A stretch of DNA of 64,000 nucleotides, taken from the NCBI GenBank assembly GCA_026981655.1, contig JALSIJ010000131.1:3217-67216 (forward strand). The letters are read 5' to 3'. Positions 10,615 through 19,272 of the stretch are shown piece by piece (within the stretch, counting starts at the first letter, position 1; the number at the start of each line of letters is the position of its first letter). The DNA comes from Rhizobiaceae bacterium (lineage in GTDB: Bacteria > Pseudomonadota > Alphaproteobacteria > Rhizobiales > Rhizobiaceae). The notes beneath the pieces were generated by a model. That model did no database searches, had not been told where the DNA came from, and saw only the letters and a list, made by a program, of their open reading frames with translations. The position numbers and the translations under genes were made by a program.

Positions 10615-13116
10615 ATGGCCGTTGTATCAATCAGAAAATCAGAGGTTGAGTACGATGATGGCCAGCGGCAAAGCATATTGGAGGGGATGGAGTTCTTTCT
10701 TAAATATTCTCGCCTTGTTTCGCCTGATGAGGCCAGCAAACAAGATGTAATGCAAGCGCTTGGCCACGCAATCCGCAATCGGATGATTGACCGGATGATT
10801 GAAACTGAAAAGCAAAATCTGGCTGAGGGTGGCAAACGGGTTCACTATTTGTCGATGGAGTTTCTGGTTGGCCGTTTGCTTGAAAACAACATTATCAACC
10901 TGCAGCTGGAAAATGAATGCGATAATGCGGCAACGGCTCTCGGCTATTCGCTGGAAGAATTGTTTGATGCTGAATATGACCCGGCACTTGGCAATGGCGG
11001 GCTGGGTCGGTTAGCGGCCTGCTTTGTAGATTCTATGGCAACGCTGGGCATTCCCGGCTCAGGTTACGGTATCAATTATGAGTATGGACTGTTTCGGCAG
11101 AAATTCTCAAACGGTTATCAGCGCGAAGAGCCAGACCATTGGCTGATTGACGGTACGCCCTGGAACATTGAGCGGCCGAATGATAAAATTGTGGTGCCGT
11201 TATACGGTCGGGTTGAAAATTATTCCGACCATAATGGCCATCAAGGCCCGGTATGGGTTGATTGGGATGTGGTGATCGGGGTTCCGCATGATATGCCGAT
11301 TGCCGGCTATCGCGGCGCTACGGTTAACACATTACGACTCTATTCGGCGCGCTCGTCGGATGAATTTAACATGTCGATCTTCAATGAGGGCGATTATCTT
11401 AAGGCGGTTGAGAAAAAGATCTCATCTGAACGCATCTCAAAAATTCTTTACCCGGAGGACTCGGTCAAGTCCGGTCGCGAATTGCGCCTTATTCAGGAAT
11501 ATTTCCTGGTTTCCTGTGCCGTGCAAGACATCGTTCGCGGGCACAAGAAACAACACGGTTCGGTTGACAGTTTTGCCGATAAACAAGCGTTGCAACTCAA
11601 CGATACGCATCCGGCGCTAACAGTGGTCGAATTGATGCGGGTGCTGGTCGATGAAAACGCCATTAGCTGGGACCGGTCATGGGAAATTGTCAATCAGTCC
11701 TGTGCCTATACCAATCATACATTATTGCCTGAAGCGTTGGAAACCTGGCCTGTATCCATGTTGGAAAAAGTTATTCCGCGCCATATGCAGATTATTCGCG
11801 AAATCGACCGTCGCTTTAACATGGTGCTGGAGGAAAAGTTTCCTGACGATGCGGAAAAGCGTTCTAGGCTTGCGATTATCGGGCTTAAAAATGGTCATTC
11901 CGGTGCGGCGAGCTCTGGTGCCGGGCTGGTGCGTATGGCTGGTTTGTTGATGGTTGCCTGTCATTCTATCAACGGTGTTGCGGCGCTTCATTCTGACCTG
12001 GTGAAAACCAATCTGGCGCCGGGTTATAACAGACTTTGGCCGGAAAAATTTAACAACAAAACCAATGGGGTTACCCCGCGCCGGTGGTTGCTTCAATGTA
12101 ACAAGCCGCTGGCCGGGTTGATTACCCAGAAAATTGGTTCCGACTGGATTACCGATCTGTCGAGGCTGGAGGAACTTCAATATTTTGCCGAGGACGGCGA
12201 GTTTCTGAACGCCCTGCAAAATGCCAAACAGGTCAACAAAAAGCGGCTGGCTGATTATATTCATCAAACAACCGGCATTATTGTCGATACAAATTCGATG
12301 TTTGATTGTCAGGCAAAGCGAATTCATGAATATAAACGTCAACTATTGATGGCGCTTTATATTGCCCACCTTTACCTCAAGATTAAAAATGAGGGGATGG
12401 AGCTTGATTCGCCTCGAACCTTTATTTTTGGTGGTAAGGCAGCGCCTGGATATTTTCTGGCCAAACGGGTGATCAAACTGATCAATTCGCTTGCTGAGGT
12501 TATTCAAAAAGACCCGGTCGTCTCCCAGCAAATCAAGGTGGTTTACCTGCCAGACTATAAGGTATCTGTTGCCGAGCGGCTGATGCCAGCGGCTGACTTG
12601 TCTGAACAGATTTCTACCGCGGGTTTTGAGGCATCGGGCACCGGCAATATGAAATTCTCAATGAATGGTGCCTTGACCGTTGGCACATTGGACGGTGCCA
12701 ATGTGGAAATTTCGGAAGAGGTTGGCTCTGAAAATATTTATATTTTTGGTATGACTGCTGAAGAAGTTGAACATACACGAACATCTGACCGGTATTTTGC
12801 CAGTGAGTTTTATCAAAGCGACCCTGATCTTGCTGCCGTTATAGATGCGCTTTCTTCCGGTGTTTTATGCCCGGACGAACCAGGCGTATTTGAACCGATT
12901 GCCAATTCGCTAATGGTCGAGGGCGACTATTTCCGCGTGCTTGGCGATTTCCGCGCCTATCTTGAGATCCAGGAGGTTATCGGCAAAGATTTCACCGATA
13001 AGGATTTGTGGATTTCCAAGGTCCTGCAAAATATTTCCCACATGGGTAAGTTCTCCAGCGACCGAACCATTAGCGAATATGCAGCTGATATCTGGAAACT
13101 TGAGAAGTTTATTTAG
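10615..13116 (+). CDS. glgP: Glycogen/alpha-glucan phosphorylase
   Basis: 833 aa. Contains the PLP-lysine motif EASGTGNMKF, LGNGGLGRLAACF and the IHEYKRQ block. An AAGGA Shine-Dalgarno precedes the ATG. Confidence 0.93.
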   Translation: MAVVSIRKSEVEYDDGQRQSILEGMEFFLKYSRLVSPDEASKQDVMQALGHAIRNRMIDRMIETEKQNLAEGGKRVHYLSMEFLVGRLLENNIINLQLENECDNAATALGYSLEELFDAEYDPALGNGGLGRLAACFVDSMATLGIPGSGYGINYEYGLFRQKFSNGYQREEPDHWLIDGTPWNIERPNDKIVVPLYGRVENYSDHNGHQGPVWVDWDVVIGVPHDMPIAGYRGATVNTLRLYSARSSDEFNMSIFNEGDYLKAVEKKISSERISKILYPEDSVKSGRELRLIQEYFLVSCAVQDIVRGHKKQHGSVDSFADKQALQLNDTHPALTVVELMRVLVDENAISWDRSWEIVNQSCAYTNHTLLPEALETWPVSMLEKVIPRHMQIIREIDRRFNMVLEEKFPDDAEKRSRLAIIGLKNGHSGAASSGAGLVRMAGLLMVACHSINGVAALHSDLVKTNLAPGYNRLWPEKFNNKTNGVTPRRWLLQCNKPLAGLITQKIGSDWITDLSRLEELQYFAEDGEFLNALQNAKQVNKKRLADYIHQTTGIIVDTNSMFDCQAKRIHEYKRQLLMALYIAHLYLKIKNEGMELDSPRTFIFGGKAAPGYFLAKRVIKLINSLAEVIQKDPVVSQQIKVVYLPDYKVSVAERLMPAADLSEQISTAGFEASGTGNMKFSMNGALTVGTLDGANVEISEEVGSENIYIFGMTAEEVEHTRTSDRYFASEFYQSDPDLAAVIDALSSGVLCPDEPGVFEPIANSLMVEGDYFRVLGDFRAYLEIQEVIGKDFTDKDLWISKVLQNISHMGKFSSDRTISEYAADIWKLEKFI

Positions 13117-13181
13117 GCAGCATCAGACTGCCAAGTTTAACCAATTCAAAAATTGATCAACCAACCTGAAGGATTAAAACA

Positions 13182-13514
13182 ATGATCATTAATACGACTA
13201 ATCGCGATGACCTGAGTGTTCTTGAAGTTATGAACAACCGGATTGATTCATCTTCTGCCGTTGAGTTTAAGGACCATTTGAAGGGTATTATTGATAGCGG
13301 TAATCACCAATTGGTGCTGGATCTTGGCCGGGTCGACTTTATTGACAGTAGCGGCATTGGTGCCATTGTCGGGGTGCTTAAATATCTCGGCCAAAAGGGG
13401 ACGCTTGCCATTGTTGGCATGTCGCAGACTGTCGATCGGGTGTTCCGCCTGACCCGCATGGACCGGGTATTTAGCATTTATCCAACTGTGGAAGATGCTG
13501 TTTCTGCCAGATAA
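13182..13514 (+). CDS. STAS-domain anti-sigma-factor antagonist-like protein (RsbV/SpoIIAA family)
   Basis: 110 aa. Carries the conserved phosphorylatable-serine motif FIDSSGIGAIVGV. Starts 65 nt after glgP. Confidence 0.85.
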   Translation: MIINTTNRDDLSVLEVMNNRIDSSSAVEFKDHLKGIIDSGNHQLVLDLGRVDFIDSSGIGAIVGVLKYLGQKGTLAIVGMSQTVDRVFRLTRMDRVFSIYPTVEDAVSAR

Positions 13515-13551
13515 TTTTGTCCCCTAAACATCCTCCCAAGAAGTGCGCCCC

Positions 13552-14094
13552 ATGAAAGCAATGGTTTTTTGTGCGGGGAAAGGTAGTTGGGTTCAACTGG
13601 TTACCTTTTTAACCCTGAAACCGATGATCAACATTATCAACCGACCGATTTTGAGTTTCATTCTCGAACATCTTATGAATGAAGGGGGCAATGAGGTTGT
13701 AATCAATACCAGTTATCAATCGGATCATATTGAACCCTACTTTGGTGATGGCGCCGATCAGGAAATGAAAATTTCATACTCATTTGAGGGACAACTGGTT
13801 GACGGCGCGTTGCAAGGCATCGCCGTCGGCTCTGCCGGTGGAATGAAACGTATTCGGGACTGGGCAGATATTTTGGATGATAATTTTGTCGTTTTGTGCG
13901 GCGATGCAATCATCGACCTCGATATTCGTGCATTGGTAAAATTTCATAAGGAGCGTGATGCTGTGGTAACGGTTGCCTCACTTAACGTGCCGCGCGAAGA
14001 AGCCGATAAATATGGAATAATCGCAGCAGGTGACAATGGAGCGATTACGTCGTTTCAGGTTCTCAGATCACAACATGCAATTGGAGGTGGTTGA
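13552..14094 (+). CDS. Truncated, motif-degenerate sugar-1-phosphate nucleotidyltransferase-like protein (possible pseudogene or non-catalytic domain)
   Basis: Recognisably NTP_transferase-like (MKAMVFCAGKG..., LKPMI, GSAGGMKRI, VLCGDAIIDLD, YGII). The G-x-G-T-R-L loop reads GKGSWVQL. The ORF stops right after SFQ, where E-K-P and the rest of the fold are expected. No obvious Shine-Dalgarno. The stop overlaps the next gene's start region. Confidence 0.6.
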   Translation: MKAMVFCAGKGSWVQLVTFLTLKPMINIINRPILSFILEHLMNEGGNEVVINTSYQSDHIEPYFGDGADQEMKISYSFEGQLVDGALQGIAVGSAGGMKRIRDWADILDDNFVVLCGDAIIDLDIRALVKFHKERDAVVTVASLNVPREEADKYGIIAAGDNGAITSFQVLRSQHAIGGG

Positions 14095-14609
14095 TGATGA
14101 GCGTGGCCTTATGTCAGCCTGAAAACCAAACCAGCGTTCTTGGGGAAGATGGTGTTAAATGGCATCTTTCACAAAGGATAAGCGCCCGGCTTGCCAATAT
14201 AGGGCCGGCAGCTGAATTTTTTGAGAAATTCTGTTTGTCGCGCTCCAATGCTGATTTTGCCGTACCCATGCTTGGGCCGGATATGAATTTGGTTTTAAGC
14301 GAGTTACTGACCAATATTGTCAAACATGCCTATAGCTCAGGTAGCCAGGACAAAATTGAAATTCGCGCCCGGTTTCAAGACCCGTTTCTGGAAGTGCTGA
14401 TTGTTGATCAGGGCAGTGAACTTCCAGAACGTGTTCTCAAAAAAATAGAAATTGATTTCGATGGTGATGATCTGTCTGGCCTTCCTGAGGGCGGTTTTGG
14501 CTGGGGCATCGTGCATTCGATTGTTGATGAAATTAAATATCAAAGAACGGATGGCTGTAATCGGCTACTTTTAAGAAAGAACGTATTTTTTAATTTGGGG
14601 GGTAGTTGA
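14094..14609 (+). CDS. RsbW/SpoIIAB-like serine kinase (HATPase_c, anti-sigma-factor type)
   Basis: About 171 aa. Has N-box ELLTNIVKHAY and G-boxes LIVDQGSELP and GGFGWGIVHSIV. A GGAGGTGG Shine-Dalgarno lies at 14084-14090. Candidate starts are TTG 14091, ATG 14094 and ATG 14097. Confidence 0.8.
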   Translation: MMSVALCQPENQTSVLGEDGVKWHLSQRISARLANIGPAAEFFEKFCLSRSNADFAVPMLGPDMNLVLSELLTNIVKHAYSSGSQDKIEIRARFQDPFLEVLIVDQGSELPERVLKKIEIDFDGDDLSGLPEGGFGWGIVHSIVDEIKYQRTDGCNRLLLRKNVFFNLGGS

Positions 14610-14923
14610 AATGCCCAATATTCTGTTTGTCAGTTCTGAATATTATCTACTTTAATGGGCCGAAACAGGGATGTTCGGCTGCTTTTGGAAATTTGGGGCA
14701 GTGGCGGGGCGCATATACGGCAGTTCAAAAATGCGCCGGAATATAATACGACAATGAACCATGTTGACCGGTATGTAGCTGATTTTAAAAAGGCCAATTA
14801 ATAAACATTCGAACCCTGCTGATTTGTGTCAATTTCTTGGCTTGTGGCTGACAATACTAAAGGTTTGTTAATTTAATCTCGTTTAAGTTGTGTAGTGTGT
14901 AATTATTGCCTTAGGATAGAAAA

Positions 14924-16855
14924 TTGCCTCGTTCGGATGCAAAGAAACCAATATTGGAACCATTGTCTGGTACGGGCAAGCATACACCGCGCCGTGTACT
15001 TCGGGGCGAAATATCAGATGAATTTGGCAAAGGTATTTGTGTCTTTACCAGGCAGGAAGAACGCGGCTTCACCGATCTGGTTGAATTTTCCGCACGAGAA
15101 AATGGTATTGCTGCGACCAATTTCTTTGCTGAACCGACGAATGATGAAAAAGCGCAAGCAGCGCCCATAGAACCATTACTTGAATATCGGTATTCGATCA
15201 TCCCGGAAGATGGTTGCTCGGTTGAGTATTTAAAAATTCTGGTTGAAACCACAGAATTGGATATGGCTGAATTGAGCCTTTCAATTAGCTGGCGTGGGGA
15301 AGGCGAGGCTGAAATATGCATAATTGATGCCCCGGACGCTGAGAATAAATCGCCAGTTAGATTTCGACAAAACCAACGACTCGAACTTGCCGGTCTGGAT
15401 TCAAATAAATCAGGGTTTTATCTTAAAATACCATCCTCTTCACTTTCACTGTCGCTCAATTGTAAAGGCGGTATTTCGGGCGATCAAAAAGCCTCAATTT
15501 CAATAATTGCGGATTGTATTTTTCAGGAAAAATCCAGTAATTGGAATGCCTCACCACGGGGCGCATTGTTTACCGGCAGCGGCAGAATTCAGCCTGACAA
15601 AGTTCATGATATTATTGAAATTGCTGAACAGGGATCAGGTTCTGCAAATTCCGATGGGGGCGGTTTTACAGATTATAACGGGTCCGATATTATTGCAGAT
15701 AGTGCGGTTATTGGTAATGCCGAGGCTGAATTAAGGTCTGCTGGTTCTGCCTATATTGATGTTATTGTCAGCCAGAAAGTTGAACTCTTTCATGGTGAGG
15801 ATGTTATCTTGAATACGTCGGCGCTTTTTGACGATAAGGTTGGGCATGATGCAACCTATGTGTCGGCCAGCCTGCCTGAATGGATTTTTCTGGATCACAG
15901 AAATGGTGATCTGATGGGCACGGTGCCGGCCTGCAAAGAGGATTGTCTGGAACTTGAGTTCTCCATCTATGCGGTTGATTTCGAGGGCAATTCGGCGAAG
16001 GCAATTGTTCCGGCAGAATGCGTGGCTCCCAGGCTTCCGGCGGGGGAGGATCTTCATGATTACAGCTTTAGCGAGGGAAGTGCGGTATCCATTGCGACGG
16101 TCGGAATGTTTGTAGATTTTGGCTTGAATGTCACCAATTTGGAATTTTCCGGGAGCGGCCTGCCTGAAGGGCTCAGTGTGGCCAAATCTGATGGGTTGAT
16201 AACCGGACTTCTAGAAAAAGGGGCAGCCGCAAACGCGCCCTATAATATTATTGTTACGGCGAACGAACCTGATGACGCTGGCGGTGGAATTTCAATGCAG
16301 TTTCTGCTTGATGTGGTTGAAAATGAAAACCTGACATTATCACTTTGCAATCCTGCCTCATCTGAGGCGATCAAAAATCTTTATAAGTTAAACCGCGAAA
16401 GTGAGCAGATATTTGCAGCTGGCATTATTGGTGAATTGAAGGGAAGGGCTGATGGTTATGCCTTTCAGGAAATGCCGCTGACTGCCAATAATCTGGAGAA
16501 TGAAAACGAGACTTCAGTCGTTCCCTCTGTCTGTATGTTTGCACCAGAACGGCACATATACCTGCAGATTCAAAATAGTAAAAATGGCGATGTGGCCGAT
16601 TACCTGTATGAGGTGAATTTGCTGGACCATAATAATCAATCGAATTTGATTGAATGCGCGCCTGATGGATTTATTAAAATCAAATGCAGGTCTGACCAAC
16701 GCTTTGTTGACTTCGAGCTCGTTCAAAAATCTATTAACGGGGTAGAAAACCGGTTTGATATTTGTGTCGATACATTTGAAGGACGAATGATGCCAGGTCA
16801 TCATCAATCAGATACATTTACCGAAAAGCAATTGCGCCAATTGAGTGCGGCTTAA
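14924..16855 (+). CDS. Large acidic hypothetical protein with two putative Ig/cadherin-like (He_PIG-type) repeats
   Basis: 643-aa ORF. Contains LPEWIFLDHRNGDLMGTVP and LPEGLSVAKSDGLITGLL, the LP.GL...G.I.G pattern of He_PIG/dystroglycan-type cadherin-like domains. No N-terminal signal peptide seen. The ORF-track start is a TTG and the first in-frame ATG is more than 100 codons in, so the start is uncertain. Confidence 0.6.
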   Translation: MPRSDAKKPILEPLSGTGKHTPRRVLRGEISDEFGKGICVFTRQEERGFTDLVEFSARENGIAATNFFAEPTNDEKAQAAPIEPLLEYRYSIIPEDGCSVEYLKILVETTELDMAELSLSISWRGEGEAEICIIDAPDAENKSPVRFRQNQRLELAGLDSNKSGFYLKIPSSSLSLSLNCKGGISGDQKASISIIADCIFQEKSSNWNASPRGALFTGSGRIQPDKVHDIIEIAEQGSGSANSDGGGFTDYNGSDIIADSAVIGNAEAELRSAGSAYIDVIVSQKVELFHGEDVILNTSALFDDKVGHDATYVSASLPEWIFLDHRNGDLMGTVPACKEDCLELEFSIYAVDFEGNSAKAIVPAECVAPRLPAGEDLHDYSFSEGSAVSIATVGMFVDFGLNVTNLEFSGSGLPEGLSVAKSDGLITGLLEKGAAANAPYNIIVTANEPDDAGGGISMQFLLDVVENENLTLSLCNPASSEAIKNLYKLNRESEQIFAAGIIGELKGRADGYAFQEMPLTANNLENENETSVVPSVCMFAPERHIYLQIQNSKNGDVADYLYEVNLLDHNNQSNLIECAPDGFIKIKCRSDQRFVDFELVQKSINGVENRFDICVDTFEGRMMPGHHQSDTFTEKQLRQLSAA

Positions 16856-16910
16856 TGCCGTTCAATCGGGTCGTATAATTCCTATCGTGCGCCAATGGGA
16901 GCGCCGCAAA

Positions 16911-17450
16911 TTAGTCGCTTGCGGGAAGTTCTGCGTATTTTGGAGCACAGATAAAAGCGGCCCAGAGCTGGTCGTTATTTGAATTCCAGATTGGAAAGAT
17001 ACCTCGGTACATGGTGACACTGAGTTGGTTTTTGAAGGGGGAGCGGGTTTCTGCCAGCAATATTTGTCTTGTTGCGATGCTGCCAAAAATATCTTGAAAT
17101 ATTGTGGCTGGATCGATATTGGTTTCGGCCTTTAAGAATTCTGAATAACTCCGGCCGCTTGACGAGTCCGGGTCAAAGCGACCCGGAAATTTTTCGCCAC
17201 GCAACATAATTCTGCAATCGGGTTTTCCAAAGCAAATCAACGGTGCCAGAAACATGGCATAGTCTGACAATTGCTGTTCATTCGCATTCAGAAGTTCCGA
17301 GATTGAAGGTGCCCAGTTTTTACGAATGGTTGAGCGTATGTATAAATCATAGGCAATGGCAACAGGATGGTTATCGCGAATTTCTTCACGGCTGATAATG
17401 GTTCTGTTCGGCAAAGTGTTGACGACAGGAATTTGTAATATAGCGGCCAT
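16911..17450 (-). CDS. Hypothetical protein (weakly reminiscent of small alphaproteobacterial PAS_5/DUF1457-type proteins)
   Basis: 179-aa ORF with a GGAG Shine-Dalgarno 8 nt upstream of the ATG. Convergent with the He_PIG gene. The family assignment rests only on a faint recollection. Confidence 0.55.
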   Translation of the reverse strand: MAAILQIPVVNTLPNRTIISREEIRDNHPVAIAYDLYIRSTIRKNWAPSISELLNANEQQLSDYAMFLAPLICFGKPDCRIMLRGEKFPGRFDPDSSSGRSYSEFLKAETNIDPATIFQDIFGSIATRQILLAETRSPFKNQLSVTMYRGIFPIWNSNNDQLWAAFICAPKYAELPASD

Positions 17451-17553
17451 TATGTACTCCTCGTAATAAGTGTTGGATGAAGATTAACACTTATTAGTTG
17501 AGTAATATTTAATAAAACCCACTGGTTGCTTAATCATTGTTGGTCGAGGCTTC

Positions 17554-17636
17554 GCGCTTCGTTTTACTCAACGTGCAACTTAAAATCTCTTAGCGGCTTA
17601 AGTTTTGCGCTTCGTTTTACTCAACGTGCAACTTAA
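17554..17636. repeat. Tandem direct repeat (two identical 30-nt copies, period 53 nt)
   Basis: GCGCTTCGTTTTACTCAACGTGCAACTTAA occurs at 17554-17583 and again at 17607-17636. The second copy contains the stop codon (17633-17635) of the ABC ATPase gene. GCTTCGCG flanks both ends. Confidence 0.85.
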
Positions 17637-18406
17637 GCTTCGCGCCGCCGTTGAATGCTGGCTTCCAGCAATTGCTTGGTATAAGCGTTTTCGGCTTTCA
17701 TTTTGCGCATGTCTTTTACATCCAGCACTTCAACGATGCGGCCCAAATTCATTACTGCTATTTTGCTGCACATATGGCCGACAACTGCTAAATCATGGGA
17801 AACCATGAGATAGGTGAGATTACGCTCAGCGCGCAGGTCGGTCAAAAGGTTCAAGATTTCAGCCTGAACGGAAACATCAAGGGCTGATGTTGGTTCGTCA
17901 AGCAACAAAATTGACGGTTCGATGATCAGTGCGCGGGCAATGGCAACGCGTTGGCGCTGGCCACCAGAAAGCTGGTGAGGATAGCGAAATCGAAAGATCT
18001 GGCTCAAGCCCACATCATCCAGTATTTTGACAATTCTATTATCCGGTTGGTCAAAGCCGTGCAGATAAAGTGCTTCTGAAAGCACATGATCAACCGTTTG
18101 CCGTGGATGCAGCGATGCATAAGGATCTTGAAAGACCATCTGAACAGTGCTGAAAAACTCCTTGTCGCGGGTCTTGCCAAGTTCCTTGCCAAGCACAAAT
18201 ATCTCGCCTGACCAGGTGGGGGCAAGGCCGGTAATAGCGCGCAAAATGGTGGATTTTCCGGAACCGGATTCGCCAACCAGTCCGAAGCTGCCACCCAAAG
18301 GTACACTGAATTCTGCGTCTATAACCGCATCAACCCGTTCCTCATGGTCGCCAAACCATACATCCAGGTTATTTATCCGGATTCCAGAATTATCATTACT
18401 GGTCAA
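17633..18406 (-). CDS. Dpp/Opp-type peptide ABC transporter ATP-binding protein (DppF-like)
   Basis: 257 aa. Has Walker A GESGSGKST, signature LSGGQRQR and Walker B LLLDEPTSALD. Confidence 0.9.
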   Translation of the reverse strand: MTSNDNSGIRINNLDVWFGDHEERVDAVIDAEFSVPLGGSFGLVGESGSGKSTILRAITGLAPTWSGEIFVLGKELGKTRDKEFFSTVQMVFQDPYASLHPRQTVDHVLSEALYLHGFDQPDNRIVKILDDVGLSQIFRFRYPHQLSGGQRQRVAIARALIIEPSILLLDEPTSALDVSVQAEILNLLTDLRAERNLTYLMVSHDLAVVGHMCSKIAVMNLGRIVEVLDVKDMRKMKAENAYTKQLLEASIQRRREA

Positions 18407-19272
18407 TGGTCAGCCTCCAAAGTCCCGCTAACGCTTGGTGCCGTTTGCCATGCATCATCGCGCTGCAATACGGCCAGTCGGTCGACGGGATGTTCGAGCT
18501 GAGGCAGTGAATTTAACAACCCTCGTGTGTAGGGGTGCTTTGCTTCATGCAATTTATCAGCCTGACAGGTCTCGACAATCCGCCCGGCATACATGATCAA
18601 AACCCGGTCGCAAAAGGCCGATACCACATTGAGGTCGTGGCTGATAAATATCAGGCCCATGCCGCGTTCGCGCACCAGCTTGTCCATAATCTCAAGCACT
18701 TCTTTTTGTACGGTCACATCCAGCGCAGAGGTCGGCTCATCGGCAATCAGGATTTGAGGGTCGGGGATTAACATCATGGCAATCATGATGCGCTGCCCCA
18801 TGCCGCCAGACATTTCGTGTGGGTAGGCGTTAAAAACCCGCTCCGGATCGCGAATAAGCACGGCCTCCAGCATTTTTATTGACTTCTCTCGTGCCTCAGC
18901 TTTGGAAGCCTTGGCGTGCAATCGGTAGGCCTCGCAAATCTGGTCGCCAATGCGCATAACCGGATTGAGAGAAAATTTAGGATCCTGCATCACCATCGAG
19001 ATTTTATGGCCGCGAATTTTGCGCATCTCTCTTTCTGACTTTTTCAGCAGGTCTTCGCCCTCAAGTGCTATGCGCGTGGCCTCAAGAATGCCGGGGCGGC
19101 GAATAAGACGCAAAATGGAACGGCCGGTAATAGATTTACCGGAACCGGACTCGCCCACAATACCAAGACGCTCACGCCCCAGCGAAAAACTAATGTCGCG
19201 CACCGCCTCAAACATGCCGTTACGGGTGGGGAACTTTACGGTGAGGTTTTCAACTTCAAGCAGGTTTGTCAT
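18403..19272 (-). CDS. Dpp/Opp-type peptide ABC transporter ATP-binding protein (DppD-like)
   Basis: 289 aa. Has GESGSGKS, MSGGMGQR and LIADEPTSALD. It overlaps both neighbours by 4 nt. Confidence 0.9.
   Translation of the reverse strand: MTNLLEVENLTVKFPTRNGMFEAVRDISFSLGRERLGIVGESGSGKSITGRSILRLIRRPGILEATRIALEGEDLLKKSEREMRKIRGHKISMVMQDPKFSLNPVMRIGDQICEAYRLHAKASKAEAREKSIKMLEAVLIRDPERVFNAYPHEMSGGMGQRIMIAMMLIPDPQILIADEPTSALDVTVQKEVLEIMDKLVRERGMGLIFISHDLNVVSAFCDRVLIMYAGRIVETCQADKLHEAKHPYTRGLLNSLPQLEHPVDRLAVLQRDDAWQTAPSVSGTLEADH

Noticed and set aside
17554-17636. Possible CRISPR array or minisatellite.
   Set aside because: Only two repeat copies are present, with a 23-nt spacer that is itself related to the flanks. 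No further units and no cas genes are present. It is treated as a simple tandem duplication.
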